A stretch of 64,000 bases of DNA from assembly GCF_023806625.1 (NCBI RefSeq), contig NZ_JAMTDX010000099.1, forward strand, positions 3,746 to 67,745, in the 5' to 3' direction. Positions 1 to 9,429 of the stretch are shown here, one piece after another. This stretch comes from Accumulibacter sp. GTDB lineage: Bacteria > Pseudomonadota > Gammaproteobacteria > Burkholderiales > Rhodocyclaceae. Each line of letters starts with the position of its first letter. Position 1 is the first letter of the stretch. The notes below the pieces were generated by a model. The model was not told where the DNA came from, searched no databases, and saw only the letters and a program-made list of their open reading frames with translations. The position numbers were made by a program, and so were the translations under genes.

Positions 1-1
1 G

Positions 2-616
2 GGCATCGATCTCGAGGTGCGCGCCGGCGAATTGCTGATGCTCGTCGGTCCGTCCGGTTGCGGAAAGACCACGCTCATTTCGGTCATCGCCGGCATCCTC
101 GATCAGGACGAGGGCGAATGCGTGCTCTTCGGCCAGGACGTGCGCCGGCTGGCGAAGAACGAGCGTGTCGTGTACCGCGGCAGGAACGTCGGCTTCGTGT
201 TTCAGGCCTTCAACCTGATCCCCACCTTGAGCGCCGCGGAAAACGCGGCGATTCCGCTGCTCATCAACGGCATGGCGATGGAACAGGCACTCGCCCGCTC
301 TGTCCAGGCTTTGCGCAGCGTCGGACTGGAAGGACGCGAGCATTCGCTGCCGGGACAACTCTCCGGCGGCCAGCAGCAGCGGGTGGCGATCGCGCGGGCG
401 GTGGTGCACAGCCCCAGACTCGTCGTCTGCGACGAGCCGACCAGCGCACTCGACGCCGAGACCGGGAAGCGCGTGCTCGAAGTCGTCAAGAGCGTGGCCG
501 TCGGCCCGGACCGGGCGCTGGTGATCGTCACGCACGATGCGCGCATCTTCGAGTTCGCCGATCGGATCGCCCACATGGACGACGGCCGCATTGTCGGAAT
601 CGACCACAACCATTGA
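2..616 (+). CDS. ABC transporter ATP-binding protein, MacB/LolD-like (5' end cut by window edge)
   Basis: Walker A GPSGCGKTT, ABC signature LSGGQQQRVAIARA, Walker B LVVCDEPTSALD and H-loop VTHD. The frame stays open back to the window start. Confidence 0.9.
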   Translation, partial: GIDLEVRAGELLMLVGPSGCGKTTLISVIAGILDQDEGECVLFGQDVRRLAKNERVVYRGRNVGFVFQAFNLIPTLSAAENAAIPLLINGMAMEQALARSVQALRSVGLEGREHSLPGQLSGGQQQRVAIARAVVHSPRLVVCDEPTSALDAETGKRVLEVVKSVAVGPDRALVIVTHDARIFEFADRIAHMDDGRIVGIDHNH

Positions 617-636
617 CCTCGAGGCGGTACACCGTC

Positions 637-1623
637 GTGCTCAAGAACAGGATCCTTCCGGCAATCGCCGCGCTCGGGCTGGTGATCGCGATCGTCGTCG
701 CCGCGCGCACCGAGCACAGGTCGCCACCGGCCCAGCCGATCGCCCAGCCGGCACAGGCGCCCTTCAAGTCCTACATTGGCGGTTCCGGCCTGGTCGAAGC
801 GAGCAGCAACAACATCAACATCGGCACCTCGCTGCCGGGAATCGTCAGGACGGTGTCGGTCAAGGTGGGCGACAAGGTCGATGCCGGCGATCCTTTGTTC
901 GCCATCGACGACCGGGAATTGCGCGCCGAACTGCTGGTGAAACAGGCGAATCTGGCGAAGGCCAAGGCCGCCGTCGAGGAAGCCCGGGCGTCACTGGAAG
1001 ACTACCGATCGCAATACGCCCTGGTGCGGGGTGCCACTGCCGGACGAGCGGTCAGCGTCGACGACATCCAGAAGCGCCGCAATGCCGAGTTGCTGGCCGG
1101 CGCCCGGCTGCAAAGCGCCGTCGCGGCGGTGGCCGCGGCCGAGGCCGAGGTGAAATCCACGCAGACGTCGATCGATCGCCTGACGGTGCGCGCGCCAATC
1201 CCGAGCGAAGTGCTGCAGGTCAACATCCGCCCCGGCGAATACGCCCAGACCGGAGCGTTGGCGACGCCGCTGATGATTCTCGGCAATCTCGACCTGCTGT
1301 ACATCCGGGTGAATATCGACGAGAACGACGCCTGGCGCTTCAGGCCGCTGACCAAGGGCGTCGCCTACTTGCGCGGCAACCGGGACCTCAAGACCGAAAT
1401 TGCTTTCGTGCGGGTCGAGCCGTTCGTGACGCCGAAGGTTTCGCTCACCGGCAGCAGCAGCGAGCGCGTCGACACCCGGGTCCTGCAGGTCATCTACAGT
1501 TTCAGCCGCAACGCGCTTCCGGCTTACGTCGGGCAGCAGATGGACGTCTTCATCGAGACGTCCGAGGTGCCCGTCGCATCGGCGACCGACGTCTCGACGA
1601 CAAAATCCGAGGACAGCAAGTGA
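637..1623 (+). CDS. HlyD-family periplasmic adaptor (membrane fusion protein) of the ABC efflux system
   Basis: GTG start 20 nt after the ATPase stop. N-terminal TM anchor (ILPAIAALGLVIAIVVAA), lipoyl-like hairpin (VSVKVGDKVDAGDPLFAIDD) and a coiled-coil region. The upstream part of the 58..1623 ORF is Arg-rich high-GC noise. Confidence 0.85.
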   Translation: MLKNRILPAIAALGLVIAIVVAARTEHRSPPAQPIAQPAQAPFKSYIGGSGLVEASSNNINIGTSLPGIVRTVSVKVGDKVDAGDPLFAIDDRELRAELLVKQANLAKAKAAVEEARASLEDYRSQYALVRGATAGRAVSVDDIQKRRNAELLAGARLQSAVAAVAAAEAEVKSTQTSIDRLTVRAPIPSEVLQVNIRPGEYAQTGALATPLMILGNLDLLYIRVNIDENDAWRFRPLTKGVAYLRGNRDLKTEIAFVRVEPFVTPKVSLTGSSSERVDTRVLQVIYSFSRNALPAYVGQQMDVFIETSEVPVASATDVSTTKSEDSK

Positions 1624-3074
1624 GGGGGCCGGCCGCGAAGGCCGCGCTGGTCGCCGGCCTCCTGGGCGGCTGCGCCGCGGTCGGCCCGGACTACGAGCGC
1701 CCAGTCCTGACCGCACCGGCGCAATGGGGCGAAGCGCAGAGCAAAGCAGAGACGGCGACGGCGCTGGAGAAGGTCGCCTGGTGGAAGACATTCGACGACC
1801 CGCTGCTTGACGATCTGATGGAACAGGCGGCGATGAGCAACCTCGACCTCGCCAAGGCCCGGGCGCGAATCGTCCAGGCGCGAGCCGGGGTCGTCGTGGC
1901 CGGGGCGGCGGGTGTGCCTTCGCTCAACGTCTCGGGCTCGGCGACGCGCACCCAGGGCAGCCGCAACGCCGCGCTTCCATCCCAGCTCGCACCCACGGGG
2001 TCTCCGCGCAACATCTATCTGGCAGGCTTCGACGCGAGGTGGGAAATCGACGTCTTCGGCGGCGTTCGGCGTAGCGTCGAGGGCGCGACGGCGCGACTCG
2101 AGGCGAGCGTCGAGGATCTGCGCGCCACGTTGGTGACGCTGCTCGGTGATGTCGCCAGGAATTATGTCGAACTCCGCGCCAACCAGGATCAGATCCAGAT
2201 CACCCAGCGCAACGTCCAGGCGCAGCAGCAGACGGTCGAGGTGACGCGCGAGCGCTATCGGCTCGGACTGACCAGCTATCTCGACGTGGTCCAGGCCGAG
2301 GCGCAGAAGACTGCGACCGAGTCCAACGTGCCAACGCTCGAGGCTGCGATCAAACAGTCGATCCATCGTCTCGGCGTCCTTCTCGGCAGGGAGCCGAAGG
2401 CCTTGCAGGCCGAGCTGTCGGCGCCACGTCCCCTCCCTCGGCCCGACCGCGCGACCGCCATCGGCCTGCCGTCCGAACTGCTCCTGCGCAGACCGGACCT
2501 GCGTTGGGCCGAACGGCAACTCGCCGCCGCGTCGGCCGACATCGGCGTCGCCACGGCCGCGCTCTATCCCAGGTTCGATCTCACCCTGGGGCTGGGCCTG
2601 CAGAGCAACAGCGCGGCCAGGTTCGCGGAAGCGTCGAGCCGCTACTGGTCGATCATTCCGGGCGTCTCGCTGCCGCTATTCGATGCGGGAAGCACGCGGG
2701 CGACGATAACCGCCAAGGACGCCGCCTACGACGAAGCCCTGGCCGAATATCGATCGGCGTTCAACAATGCGCTGCAGGACGTCGAGAACGCCCTGGCTGG
2801 CTATTACGCCGAACAGGTGCGGCGCGGCATTCTGGTCGACACCGTGCGCGCCAACGAGATGGCGGTGACACTGGCGAACGAGCGTTACCGCAGGGGCCTG
2901 ACGAGCTTTCTCGACGTGCTGACGGCGGAAAATTCCCTGTACAGCGCTCAGCGGGGTCTGAGCCAGTCGGAAGCGAACCGCCTGACCAGCCTCGTCTCCC
3001 TCTACAAAGCCCTGGGTGGAGGGTGGAGCGCGGCAGACATCGGAGGGTCGGCCACCGACCCGGCGCAGCGTTAG
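1620..3074 (+). CDS. Efflux outer-membrane factor lipoprotein, NodT family
   Basis: GTG start overlaps the adaptor stop (GTGA). Lipobox LLGGC followed by GPDYERP, and typical OMF repeats (LDLAKARA, SLYKALGGGW). Confidence 0.88.
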   Translation: MRGPAAKAALVAGLLGGCAAVGPDYERPVLTAPAQWGEAQSKAETATALEKVAWWKTFDDPLLDDLMEQAAMSNLDLAKARARIVQARAGVVVAGAAGVPSLNVSGSATRTQGSRNAALPSQLAPTGSPRNIYLAGFDARWEIDVFGGVRRSVEGATARLEASVEDLRATLVTLLGDVARNYVELRANQDQIQITQRNVQAQQQTVEVTRERYRLGLTSYLDVVQAEAQKTATESNVPTLEAAIKQSIHRLGVLLGREPKALQAELSAPRPLPRPDRATAIGLPSELLLRRPDLRWAERQLAAASADIGVATAALYPRFDLTLGLGLQSNSAARFAEASSRYWSIIPGVSLPLFDAGSTRATITAKDAAYDEALAEYRSAFNNALQDVENALAGYYAEQVRRGILVDTVRANEMAVTLANERYRRGLTSFLDVLTAENSLYSAQRGLSQSEANRLTSLVSLYKALGGGWSAADIGGSATDPAQR

Positions 3075-3617
3075 GCGCTGCCCTCGCTGGCGAGCTTTCC
3101 GATCGAGACATGGCGCTGCCGCGACGCTCCCGCACCCCGATCCCCGGTCCGGAAGAGTATCACCGGCCGGGGTGACAGGGGTCGCCAGGCTCTGGAAGGA
3201 GCCCGCACTGACGAATGACCGGGTCGAATCGGACCCGTTGGCCGGAAAGCGCTGCTTGCGCTGCCGGGATGGGGGCGGCGCGTGAGAGGAGGGTCTCTGC
3301 CGGCCCGGGCAAGCTTGTTCGAGTTGCAGCAGGAAGGCCTTGGCCAGATGCTCGCGCATCCCGAGATGCGCGAGTTCTTCGGCTTCTGCGACGATTGAGC
3401 GCCTTGATCGCCGGTCTTCGGAACCCTAGCCATCTCGGGCAACCACCGAGGATCGATCGACGTGGGTTTCCCGGCGACGGCTTCTGGCATAGAATCGTCC
3501 TCGGACCAGGCAGGTCGGTTGGCTGACCCTACCGATTCGGCCGATCGGGAAGCGCTATTCGGCCGGCAGCACGCGCGTTCGGCGGCGGCGCCGCATTCCA
3601 CTCGGGGAACCCTCGCC

Positions 3618-4067
3618 ATGTTTCGCCAGTTCCTGATCTACCTGCATCTGCTTGGCGTCATCGTCTGGATCGGCGGCATGTCCTTCGCCTATTTCTTCCT
3701 TCGCCCGGCGGCGATCGAGGTTCTCGAACCTGCGCAGCGCCTGCCTCTCTGGGCCGAGACGTTCGCCCGCTTCCTGCGCGCCGTCGCCGTCGCCGTCGGC
3801 GTGATCGTCGCCAGCGGGCTGGCGATGCTGCTGCCGATAGGCCTTCACAAGGCTCCACTCGGCTGGCACATCATGCTCGCCCTCGGGTTGGTCATGGCAG
3901 CGATCTACGGTTACGTGCACCTGGTTCTCTACCCACGGCTGCGTACCCACTGCGCGGCGGCATCGTGGCCGGCTGCCGGGCAGGCGTTGAACGGCATCCG
4001 CCGCCTGGTCGCGGTCAACCTCGCGCTCGGCTTGTGCACGATCGCGGCGGCGATCTCGGCGCGTTGA
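3618..4067 (+). CDS. CopD-like small integral membrane protein
   Basis: ATG at 3618. Four predicted TM helices, and an N-terminus (MFRQFLIYLHLLGVIVWIGGMSFAYFFLRPA) typical of short CopD-family proteins. Family assignment is from memory only. Confidence 0.55.
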   Translation: MFRQFLIYLHLLGVIVWIGGMSFAYFFLRPAAIEVLEPAQRLPLWAETFARFLRAVAVAVGVIVASGLAMLLPIGLHKAPLGWHIMLALGLVMAAIYGYVHLVLYPRLRTHCAAASWPAAGQALNGIRRLVAVNLALGLCTIAAAISAR

Positions 4068-4128
4068 GCCGGCATTCCGCCGGCCACCATGCCCTCCCCG
4101 ATCGCCCGACCTGACGAGGCAGAAACCG

Positions 4129-4878
4129 ATGAACACGCTCTCCCTGGAGTCGCTCGCCGCGTACTGGTCTCCCGACGAGGTGTCGGCCAACGTCGTCATT
4201 TTCATGAACATCGTCGGCGCACTGCTGCTCGGTCTCGTCGTCGGCTACGAGCGCTCGTACCACGGGCGTGCCGCCGGGATGCGCACCTATGGCCTGGTGT
4301 GCATGGCCTCGGCGGCCCTGGTCGTCGTCACCGGCTACCCGAACTACTGGTACGGCGGCCACGCCGGGGCCGTCGCGCTCGCCGATCCGACGCGGGTGAT
4401 CCAGGGCATCGTCGCCGGCATCGGCTTCCTCGGTGCCGGCGTGATCGTCAAGGATGGCCTGACGATCAGCGGCCTGACCTCGGCGGCGTCGATCTGGGCA
4501 TCGTCGACGATCGGCGTCCTCGTCGGTGTCGGCTTCTACACGGCGGCGATCCTGCTCACCTGCCTCTCGGCGGCGAGCATGATGTGGGGAACGCGCATCG
4601 CCGAATGGCTGCCTTCACACCCGGCGGTGTCGGTCAGCCTGCGCTTCACGAGGAACTCGTCGCCTTCGCTCGACTCGCTGCGCAGCTGGACGCGGCAATG
4701 GGGTTACGAGATCGCCGAGGGAAGCCTGACGATCGCCGGCGCGGGCGGGCTCGCCGAATGGCGTTTCGTGGCCACGGTGGTCGATCGCCGGGTGGCGATG
4801 TCGATTGCCGACCTGGCCGGCGAAGTCGCCAGGATCGACGGCGTCGAGGACTTCCGGCTTTCGTTCTCGCGTAGCTGA
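4129..4878 (+). CDS. mgtC: MgtC/SapB family membrane protein
   Basis: Conserved MgtC N-terminal block (GLVVGYERSYHGRAAGMRTYGLVCMASAA; GIGFLGAGVI) plus a soluble C-terminal ACT-like domain. Confidence 0.85.
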   Translation: MNTLSLESLAAYWSPDEVSANVVIFMNIVGALLLGLVVGYERSYHGRAAGMRTYGLVCMASAALVVVTGYPNYWYGGHAGAVALADPTRVIQGIVAGIGFLGAGVIVKDGLTISGLTSAASIWASSTIGVLVGVGFYTAAILLTCLSAASMMWGTRIAEWLPSHPAVSVSLRFTRNSSPSLDSLRSWTRQWGYEIAEGSLTIAGAGGLAEWRFVATVVDRRVAMSIADLAGEVARIDGVEDFRLSFSRS

Positions 4879-4991
4879 CGGTGTTTGGAAGCGTTGCGGG
4901 TGAATTGACAGCGCTGCGCCGCCCGCAGATACTCGTCCGGCAACGGTCGCCGTGATCTTCCGGCCGATTCGGCCTGCGCAACGAGGAGTCC

Positions 4992-6236
4992 ATGCCCCTG
5001 TTCCGATTGCCTCGAAGCCCTGAATCGACGCGCAGCCCGTGGCGCGAGGCAGGGCTCGCCCTGCTGGCTCTGGCCGTGCTCACCGGCTGTGGGCGCGAGA
5101 CGCCGAAGCCGGGAGCGCCGGCACCCGAAGTCACGACGCTGACCATCGAGGCGCACGACGTCCCGGTCTCCGCCGACTACGTCGCACAGACGCAAAGTTC
5201 GCAGGCGGTCAACATCCAGGCGCGCGTCTCGGGCTTCCTCGACAAGCGCGTGTATACCGAAGGCGCGGTGGTCAGGAAAGGGCAGGTCCTCTACCAGATC
5301 GATCCCAAGCCGTTCAAGGTCCAGGTCGATGGCGCGGCGGCGGCGCTGCAGCGCAATCAGGCGGCGCTCGAGGTGGCCACGGCCAACCTCAAGCGGACGC
5401 GGCCGCTCGTCGAGCAGAACGCGCTGTCGCAGAAGGACCTCGACGACGCGAAGGGGCAGTACGAGCAGGCGGCGGCCGCGGTCGCACAGTCGAAGGCGCA
5501 GCTCGAATCGGCCAGGCTCGACCTGTCGTACACGACGATCACCTCGCCGGTCGACGGCGTTACCAGCTATTCGGCGGTCGCCGAGGGCACCTACGTCAGC
5601 TCGCAGAACAGTCAGCTGACCACCGTCTCGGTGCTCTCGCCGATATGGGTCAACTTCAGCATTTCGGAAAACGAGGTCGACCGGTTGCGCACGAATATCG
5701 GCAAGGGCTTGCTCCGGCTGCCGCCAAGCAACCGCCTCGTCGTCGAGATTGAGCTCGCCGACGGGACGCCGTTTCCGCACACCGGCACGATCACCTTCGC
5801 CGATCCCTCGTACAACTCGCAGACGGGCACCTTCCAGATCCGCGCGACCGTCGACAACCCCGACGGAGTCCTGCGCCCGAACCAGTTCGTCCGCGCACGA
5901 ATCACCGGCGCAGTCCGGCCGCGGGCGATCCTGATCCCGCAGCGCGCAGTCCAGCAGGGTGCCGGCGGGCACTTCGTCTGGCTGATCAACGCCGAAGGCA
6001 AGGCCGAGCAGCGGCCGATCGTCGTCGGCGACTGGTACCGCGAGCAGTGGTTCGTCGCCGAGGGACTGCACGACGGCGACCGGCTGGTCGTCGACGGCGC
6101 CTTGCGCCTGTCGCCGGGCGCGACGGTCAGGGTGACCACCCGCACGGAGCAGACCGACGCCGGCGCGGCCGCGCCCGCGGCAACGCCCCGCGGACCGGCC
6201 GCGCCGCGCGGCGGCACGCCGGTCGCCGGTTCCTGA
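4992..6236 (+). CDS. RND efflux periplasmic adaptor subunit (AcrA/MexA family lipoprotein)
   Basis: Lipobox LTGCG. Conserved adaptor motifs YVAQTQSSQAVNIQARVSGFL, YQIDPKPF and DLSYTTITSPVDG. Confidence 0.92.
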   Translation: MPLFRLPRSPESTRSPWREAGLALLALAVLTGCGRETPKPGAPAPEVTTLTIEAHDVPVSADYVAQTQSSQAVNIQARVSGFLDKRVYTEGAVVRKGQVLYQIDPKPFKVQVDGAAAALQRNQAALEVATANLKRTRPLVEQNALSQKDLDDAKGQYEQAAAAVAQSKAQLESARLDLSYTTITSPVDGVTSYSAVAEGTYVSSQNSQLTTVSVLSPIWVNFSISENEVDRLRTNIGKGLLRLPPSNRLVVEIELADGTPFPHTGTITFADPSYNSQTGTFQIRATVDNPDGVLRPNQFVRARITGAVRPRAILIPQRAVQQGAGGHFVWLINAEGKAEQRPIVVGDWYREQWFVAEGLHDGDRLVVDGALRLSPGATVRVTTRTEQTDAGAAAPAATPRGPAAPRGGTPVAGS

Positions 6237-6249
6237 TCCGCGGCCAACG

Positions 6250-9200
6250 GTGTTCTCGCGCTTCTTCATCGAACGCCCGGTCTTCGCCGCGGTCGTCGCG
6301 ATCATCGTCTCGATCGCCGGCATCGTGTCGATGTTCGTCATCCCGGTCCAGCAATACCCTACGATCACCCCCGTCCAGGTGACCGTCCAGGCCACCTATC
6401 CGGGGGCCGACGCGAAGACGCTCGCCGATTCGGTCGCCGCACCGATCGAGGCGCAGATCAACGGCGTCGACAAGATGCTCTACATGTCGTCGACGAGCTC
6501 GGCGTCGGGTCAGCTCGTTCTGACCGTGTATTTCGCGCTCGACGCCGACCCGGACATCGCCCAGGTGCAGGTCCAGAACCGGGTGAACCTCGCGCTGCCC
6601 CAGTTGCCTTCGGCGGTCACCCAGCAGGGCGTTTCGGTGCAGAAAAAGTCGTCGACGATCATGATGCTGATCGCGGTGACCGGCAAGGGCGACCGCTACA
6701 GCCCCGAGTACGTGGCGAACTACGCGAACGTGTACGTGCTCGACGCGCTGAAGCGGGTACCCGGTGCCGGCCAGGCGCAGATTCTCGGAGTCCCCGACCA
6801 GGCGATGCGCATCTGGATGAACCCCGACCGGATGGCCTCGCTGGGCATCACGACCAGCGACATCGCCAGCGCGATCAACACGCAGAACACCCTCTCCGGC
6901 GCCGGGCAGATTGGCCAGGAGCCGACTGCCGGCGCCGTCGAGCTGAGCTTCCCGGTGGTCACGCAGGGCCCGTTCAGCGACCCCCGGCAGTACGAGCGGA
7001 TCATCCTGCGGGCCAGCCAGGACGGCAGCGCGATCGTCCGCGTCGGCGACGTCGCCCGCGCCGAAGTCGGCCTGCGCCAGTACATCGCCGACACCCGGCT
7101 GAACCGCGAACCGGCGACGCTGATCGCCATCTACCAGCAGCCCGGCGCCAACGGCCTGGTCGTCTCGAAGGCCGTGCGCGACGCGCTCGCCGGAATGCAG
7201 TCGCGCCTTCCGGAAGGACTCGACACGGTGATCGCCCTCGACACCAACGACTTCGTCCGCCTGTCGATCAGGGAAGTGCTGATCACGCTGGTCGAAGCGC
7301 TGCTGCTCGTCGTGCTCGTCGTCTACCTGTTCCTGCAGAGCCTGCGCACGACGCTGATCTGCTCGGTGGCGATCGTCGTCGCCCTCGTCGGGACCCTCGC
7401 CGGGATGCTCGCGCTCGGCTTCTCGATCAACCTGCTGACGCTGTTCGGGCTGATCCTGGCGATCGGCATGGTCGTCGACGACGCGATCGTCGTCGTCGAG
7501 AACGTCGAGCGCAACATGGCTCAGCATCAGCTCTCGCCGCGCGAGGCGGCCCTCCGCACGATGGACGAGATCGGCAGCTCGCTGGTCGCCGTCGTCCTGG
7601 TGATGGCCTCGGTGTTCGTCCCGGCCGCCTTCCTGCCCGGCACGACCGGCCAGCTCTACCGGCAGTTCGCGATCACCATCGTCATTTCGGTGAGCCTCTC
7701 GGGCTTCATCGCGCTGACCCTGACGCCGGCGATGTGCGCGCTGCTCCTGAAGCACACGCCGCCCCCCGAGCGCGGCTTCTTCGCCTGGTTCAACCGGCAG
7801 GTCGAGCGCGTGACGCGCGGCTTCGGGCTCGCCGTCTCGTGGGTCATCCGACGGATGGCCGTCGCCTTCGCGCTGCTCGCCGGGTTCCTCCTGGCCATCT
7901 GGCAGCTTTTCCATGTCCTGCCGACGAGCTTCGTGCCCAACGAGGACCAGGGTTACGCGATGGTCGCGCTGATCATGCCGCAGTCGGCGAGCCTCGACCG
8001 CACGCGCGCCGCGGCCGAGCGCGTCGACCGCCTGCTGGCGGCGATCCCGGGGGTCGACACGCGTTCGATGGTCGCCGGTTACAGCCTGATCGACCAGGGC
8101 TACAAGGCCAACGCGGCGACCTTCTTCGTCACTTTCGGCAAGTTCGACGAGCGCTACGCGTCGGTCGACTCCGCGCGCCTCGAGAACGCCCGGGCGATCC
8201 TGCTGACGCTCTACGAACAGGCCCGCCAGATCGAGGACGCGACCGTCTTGCCGATCGCCCCGCCGGCGATCCCCGGGATCGGAACGACCGGCGGCTTCGA
8301 GTTCTGGATTCAGGACACGGCCGCGGGCGATCCGCTGCGACTCGACGAACTGACGCGTGCCTTCCTCGACAAGGCGCGCGGCCGGCACGAACTGACTGCG
8401 CTGAACAGCACCTTCAACGCCCGGACGCAGCAGCTGCGCGCCGACGTCAACCGTGAGACGGCGACGCTGCTCGGCCTGCAGGTCCAGGACGTCTACAACG
8501 CGATCCAGGCGCAGTTCGGCTCGCTGACCGCCAGCCAGTTCACCCAGTTCAGCCGTGTCTGGTGGGTCATCGTCCAGTCGGACGCGAAGTACCGCCAGCA
8601 GCCCGGCGACCTGACCCGGTTGTATACCCGCAACGGCCAGGGCAGGATGGTGCCTCTTTCGGCAGTGGTCACCACGAGCTGGGCGGCCGGCCCGGACATG
8701 CTGCCGCATTTCAACGGCTTCCCGGCGGCCAAGGTGATCGGCAATCCGGCGCCGGGCTTCAGCTCGGGACAGGCGATTCGGGCGATGGAGGAGGTCGCCA
8801 GCGAGGTTCTCCCGCCGGGCTATGCCTTCGCCTGGTCAGGGCTCGCCTATGAGGAGAAGAAGGCCGGCGGCACTTCGGCGCTCGCCTTCGTCTTCGGATT
8901 GCTGATCGTCTTCCTCGTCCTCGCCGCGCAATACGAGTCGTGGACGCTGCCCGGCGCGGTGATGACCGCGATCCCCTTCGGGGTCTTCGGCGCGCTGCTC
9001 ACCAACTGGGCGCGCGGGCTCGAGAACGACGTCTATTTCCAGATTGGCCTGCTCGTGCTCATCGGCCTCGGCGCGAAGAACGCCGTGCTGCGCGTCTCGG
9101 CAGCCGTCGACTTCCGCCGCCAGGGCAAGTCCATCCTCGAAGCGACCGTGCTCGCCGGCGAGCAACGCCTGCGCCCGATCATCATGACTTCGCTGGCCTT

Positions 9201-9429
9201 CGCCGTCGGCTGTCTGCCGCTGGCTCTGGCGCTCGGTGCCGGGGCCAACGCGCGGCACTCGATCGGCACCGGGATCATCGGCGGGATGATCGGCGAGACG
9301 ACGCTGGCCATGCTCTACGTGCCGCTCTTCTTCTACCTCTTCGACCGCCTCGCCGAGCGACGCGCGCGCGGCGACCAGGCGACGACCAGCGACGCCGGGC
9401 AACCGACCGGCGGCGAGGAGCGTCGATGA
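6250..9429 (+). CDS. RND multidrug efflux permease (AcrB/MexB family)
   Basis: 1059 aa with the canonical N-terminus FSRFFIERPVFA and 12-TM HAE1 architecture. GTG start 11 nt after the adaptor gene. Confidence 0.95.
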   Translation: MFSRFFIERPVFAAVVAIIVSIAGIVSMFVIPVQQYPTITPVQVTVQATYPGADAKTLADSVAAPIEAQINGVDKMLYMSSTSSASGQLVLTVYFALDADPDIAQVQVQNRVNLALPQLPSAVTQQGVSVQKKSSTIMMLIAVTGKGDRYSPEYVANYANVYVLDALKRVPGAGQAQILGVPDQAMRIWMNPDRMASLGITTSDIASAINTQNTLSGAGQIGQEPTAGAVELSFPVVTQGPFSDPRQYERIILRASQDGSAIVRVGDVARAEVGLRQYIADTRLNREPATLIAIYQQPGANGLVVSKAVRDALAGMQSRLPEGLDTVIALDTNDFVRLSIREVLITLVEALLLVVLVVYLFLQSLRTTLICSVAIVVALVGTLAGMLALGFSINLLTLFGLILAIGMVVDDAIVVVENVERNMAQHQLSPREAALRTMDEIGSSLVAVVLVMASVFVPAAFLPGTTGQLYRQFAITIVISVSLSGFIALTLTPAMCALLLKHTPPPERGFFAWFNRQVERVTRGFGLAVSWVIRRMAVAFALLAGFLLAIWQLFHVLPTSFVPNEDQGYAMVALIMPQSASLDRTRAAAERVDRLLAAIPGVDTRSMVAGYSLIDQGYKANAATFFVTFGKFDERYASVDSARLENARAILLTLYEQARQIEDATVLPIAPPAIPGIGTTGGFEFWIQDTAAGDPLRLDELTRAFLDKARGRHELTALNSTFNARTQQLRADVNRETATLLGLQVQDVYNAIQAQFGSLTASQFTQFSRVWWVIVQSDAKYRQQPGDLTRLYTRNGQGRMVPLSAVVTTSWAAGPDMLPHFNGFPAAKVIGNPAPGFSSGQAIRAMEEVASEVLPPGYAFAWSGLAYEEKKAGGTSALAFVFGLLIVFLVLAAQYESWTLPGAVMTAIPFGVFGALLTNWARGLENDVYFQIGLLVLIGLGAKNAVLRVSAAVDFRRQGKSILEATVLAGEQRLRPIIMTSLAFAVGCLPLALALGAGANARHSIGTGIIGGMIGETTLAMLYVPLFFYLFDRLAERRARGDQATTSDAGQPTGGEERR

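Noticed and set aside
58-636. The 193-codon N-terminal extension of the HlyD-adaptor ORF. Similar extensions precede the real starts of the genes at 1620, 9426, 23682, 28381, 32086, 43853, 44625 and 45401.
   Set aside because: The extensions overlap well-supported upstream genes in another frame, and their translations are Arg/Pro-rich noise. In each case an internal start gives a sensible N-terminus (signal peptide, lipobox or conserved family start), often with an SD or a stop/start overlap.
6127-8709. An 860-aa ORF antisense to the RND permease gene. Similar long antisense ORFs occur at 4704-6395, 991-1791 and 8836-9504.
   Set aside because: The translations are dominated by Arg, Asp, Gly and Pro with no motifs. 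They lie entirely opposite a gene with unmistakable AcrB homology. These are typical shadow ORFs of high-GC DNA.
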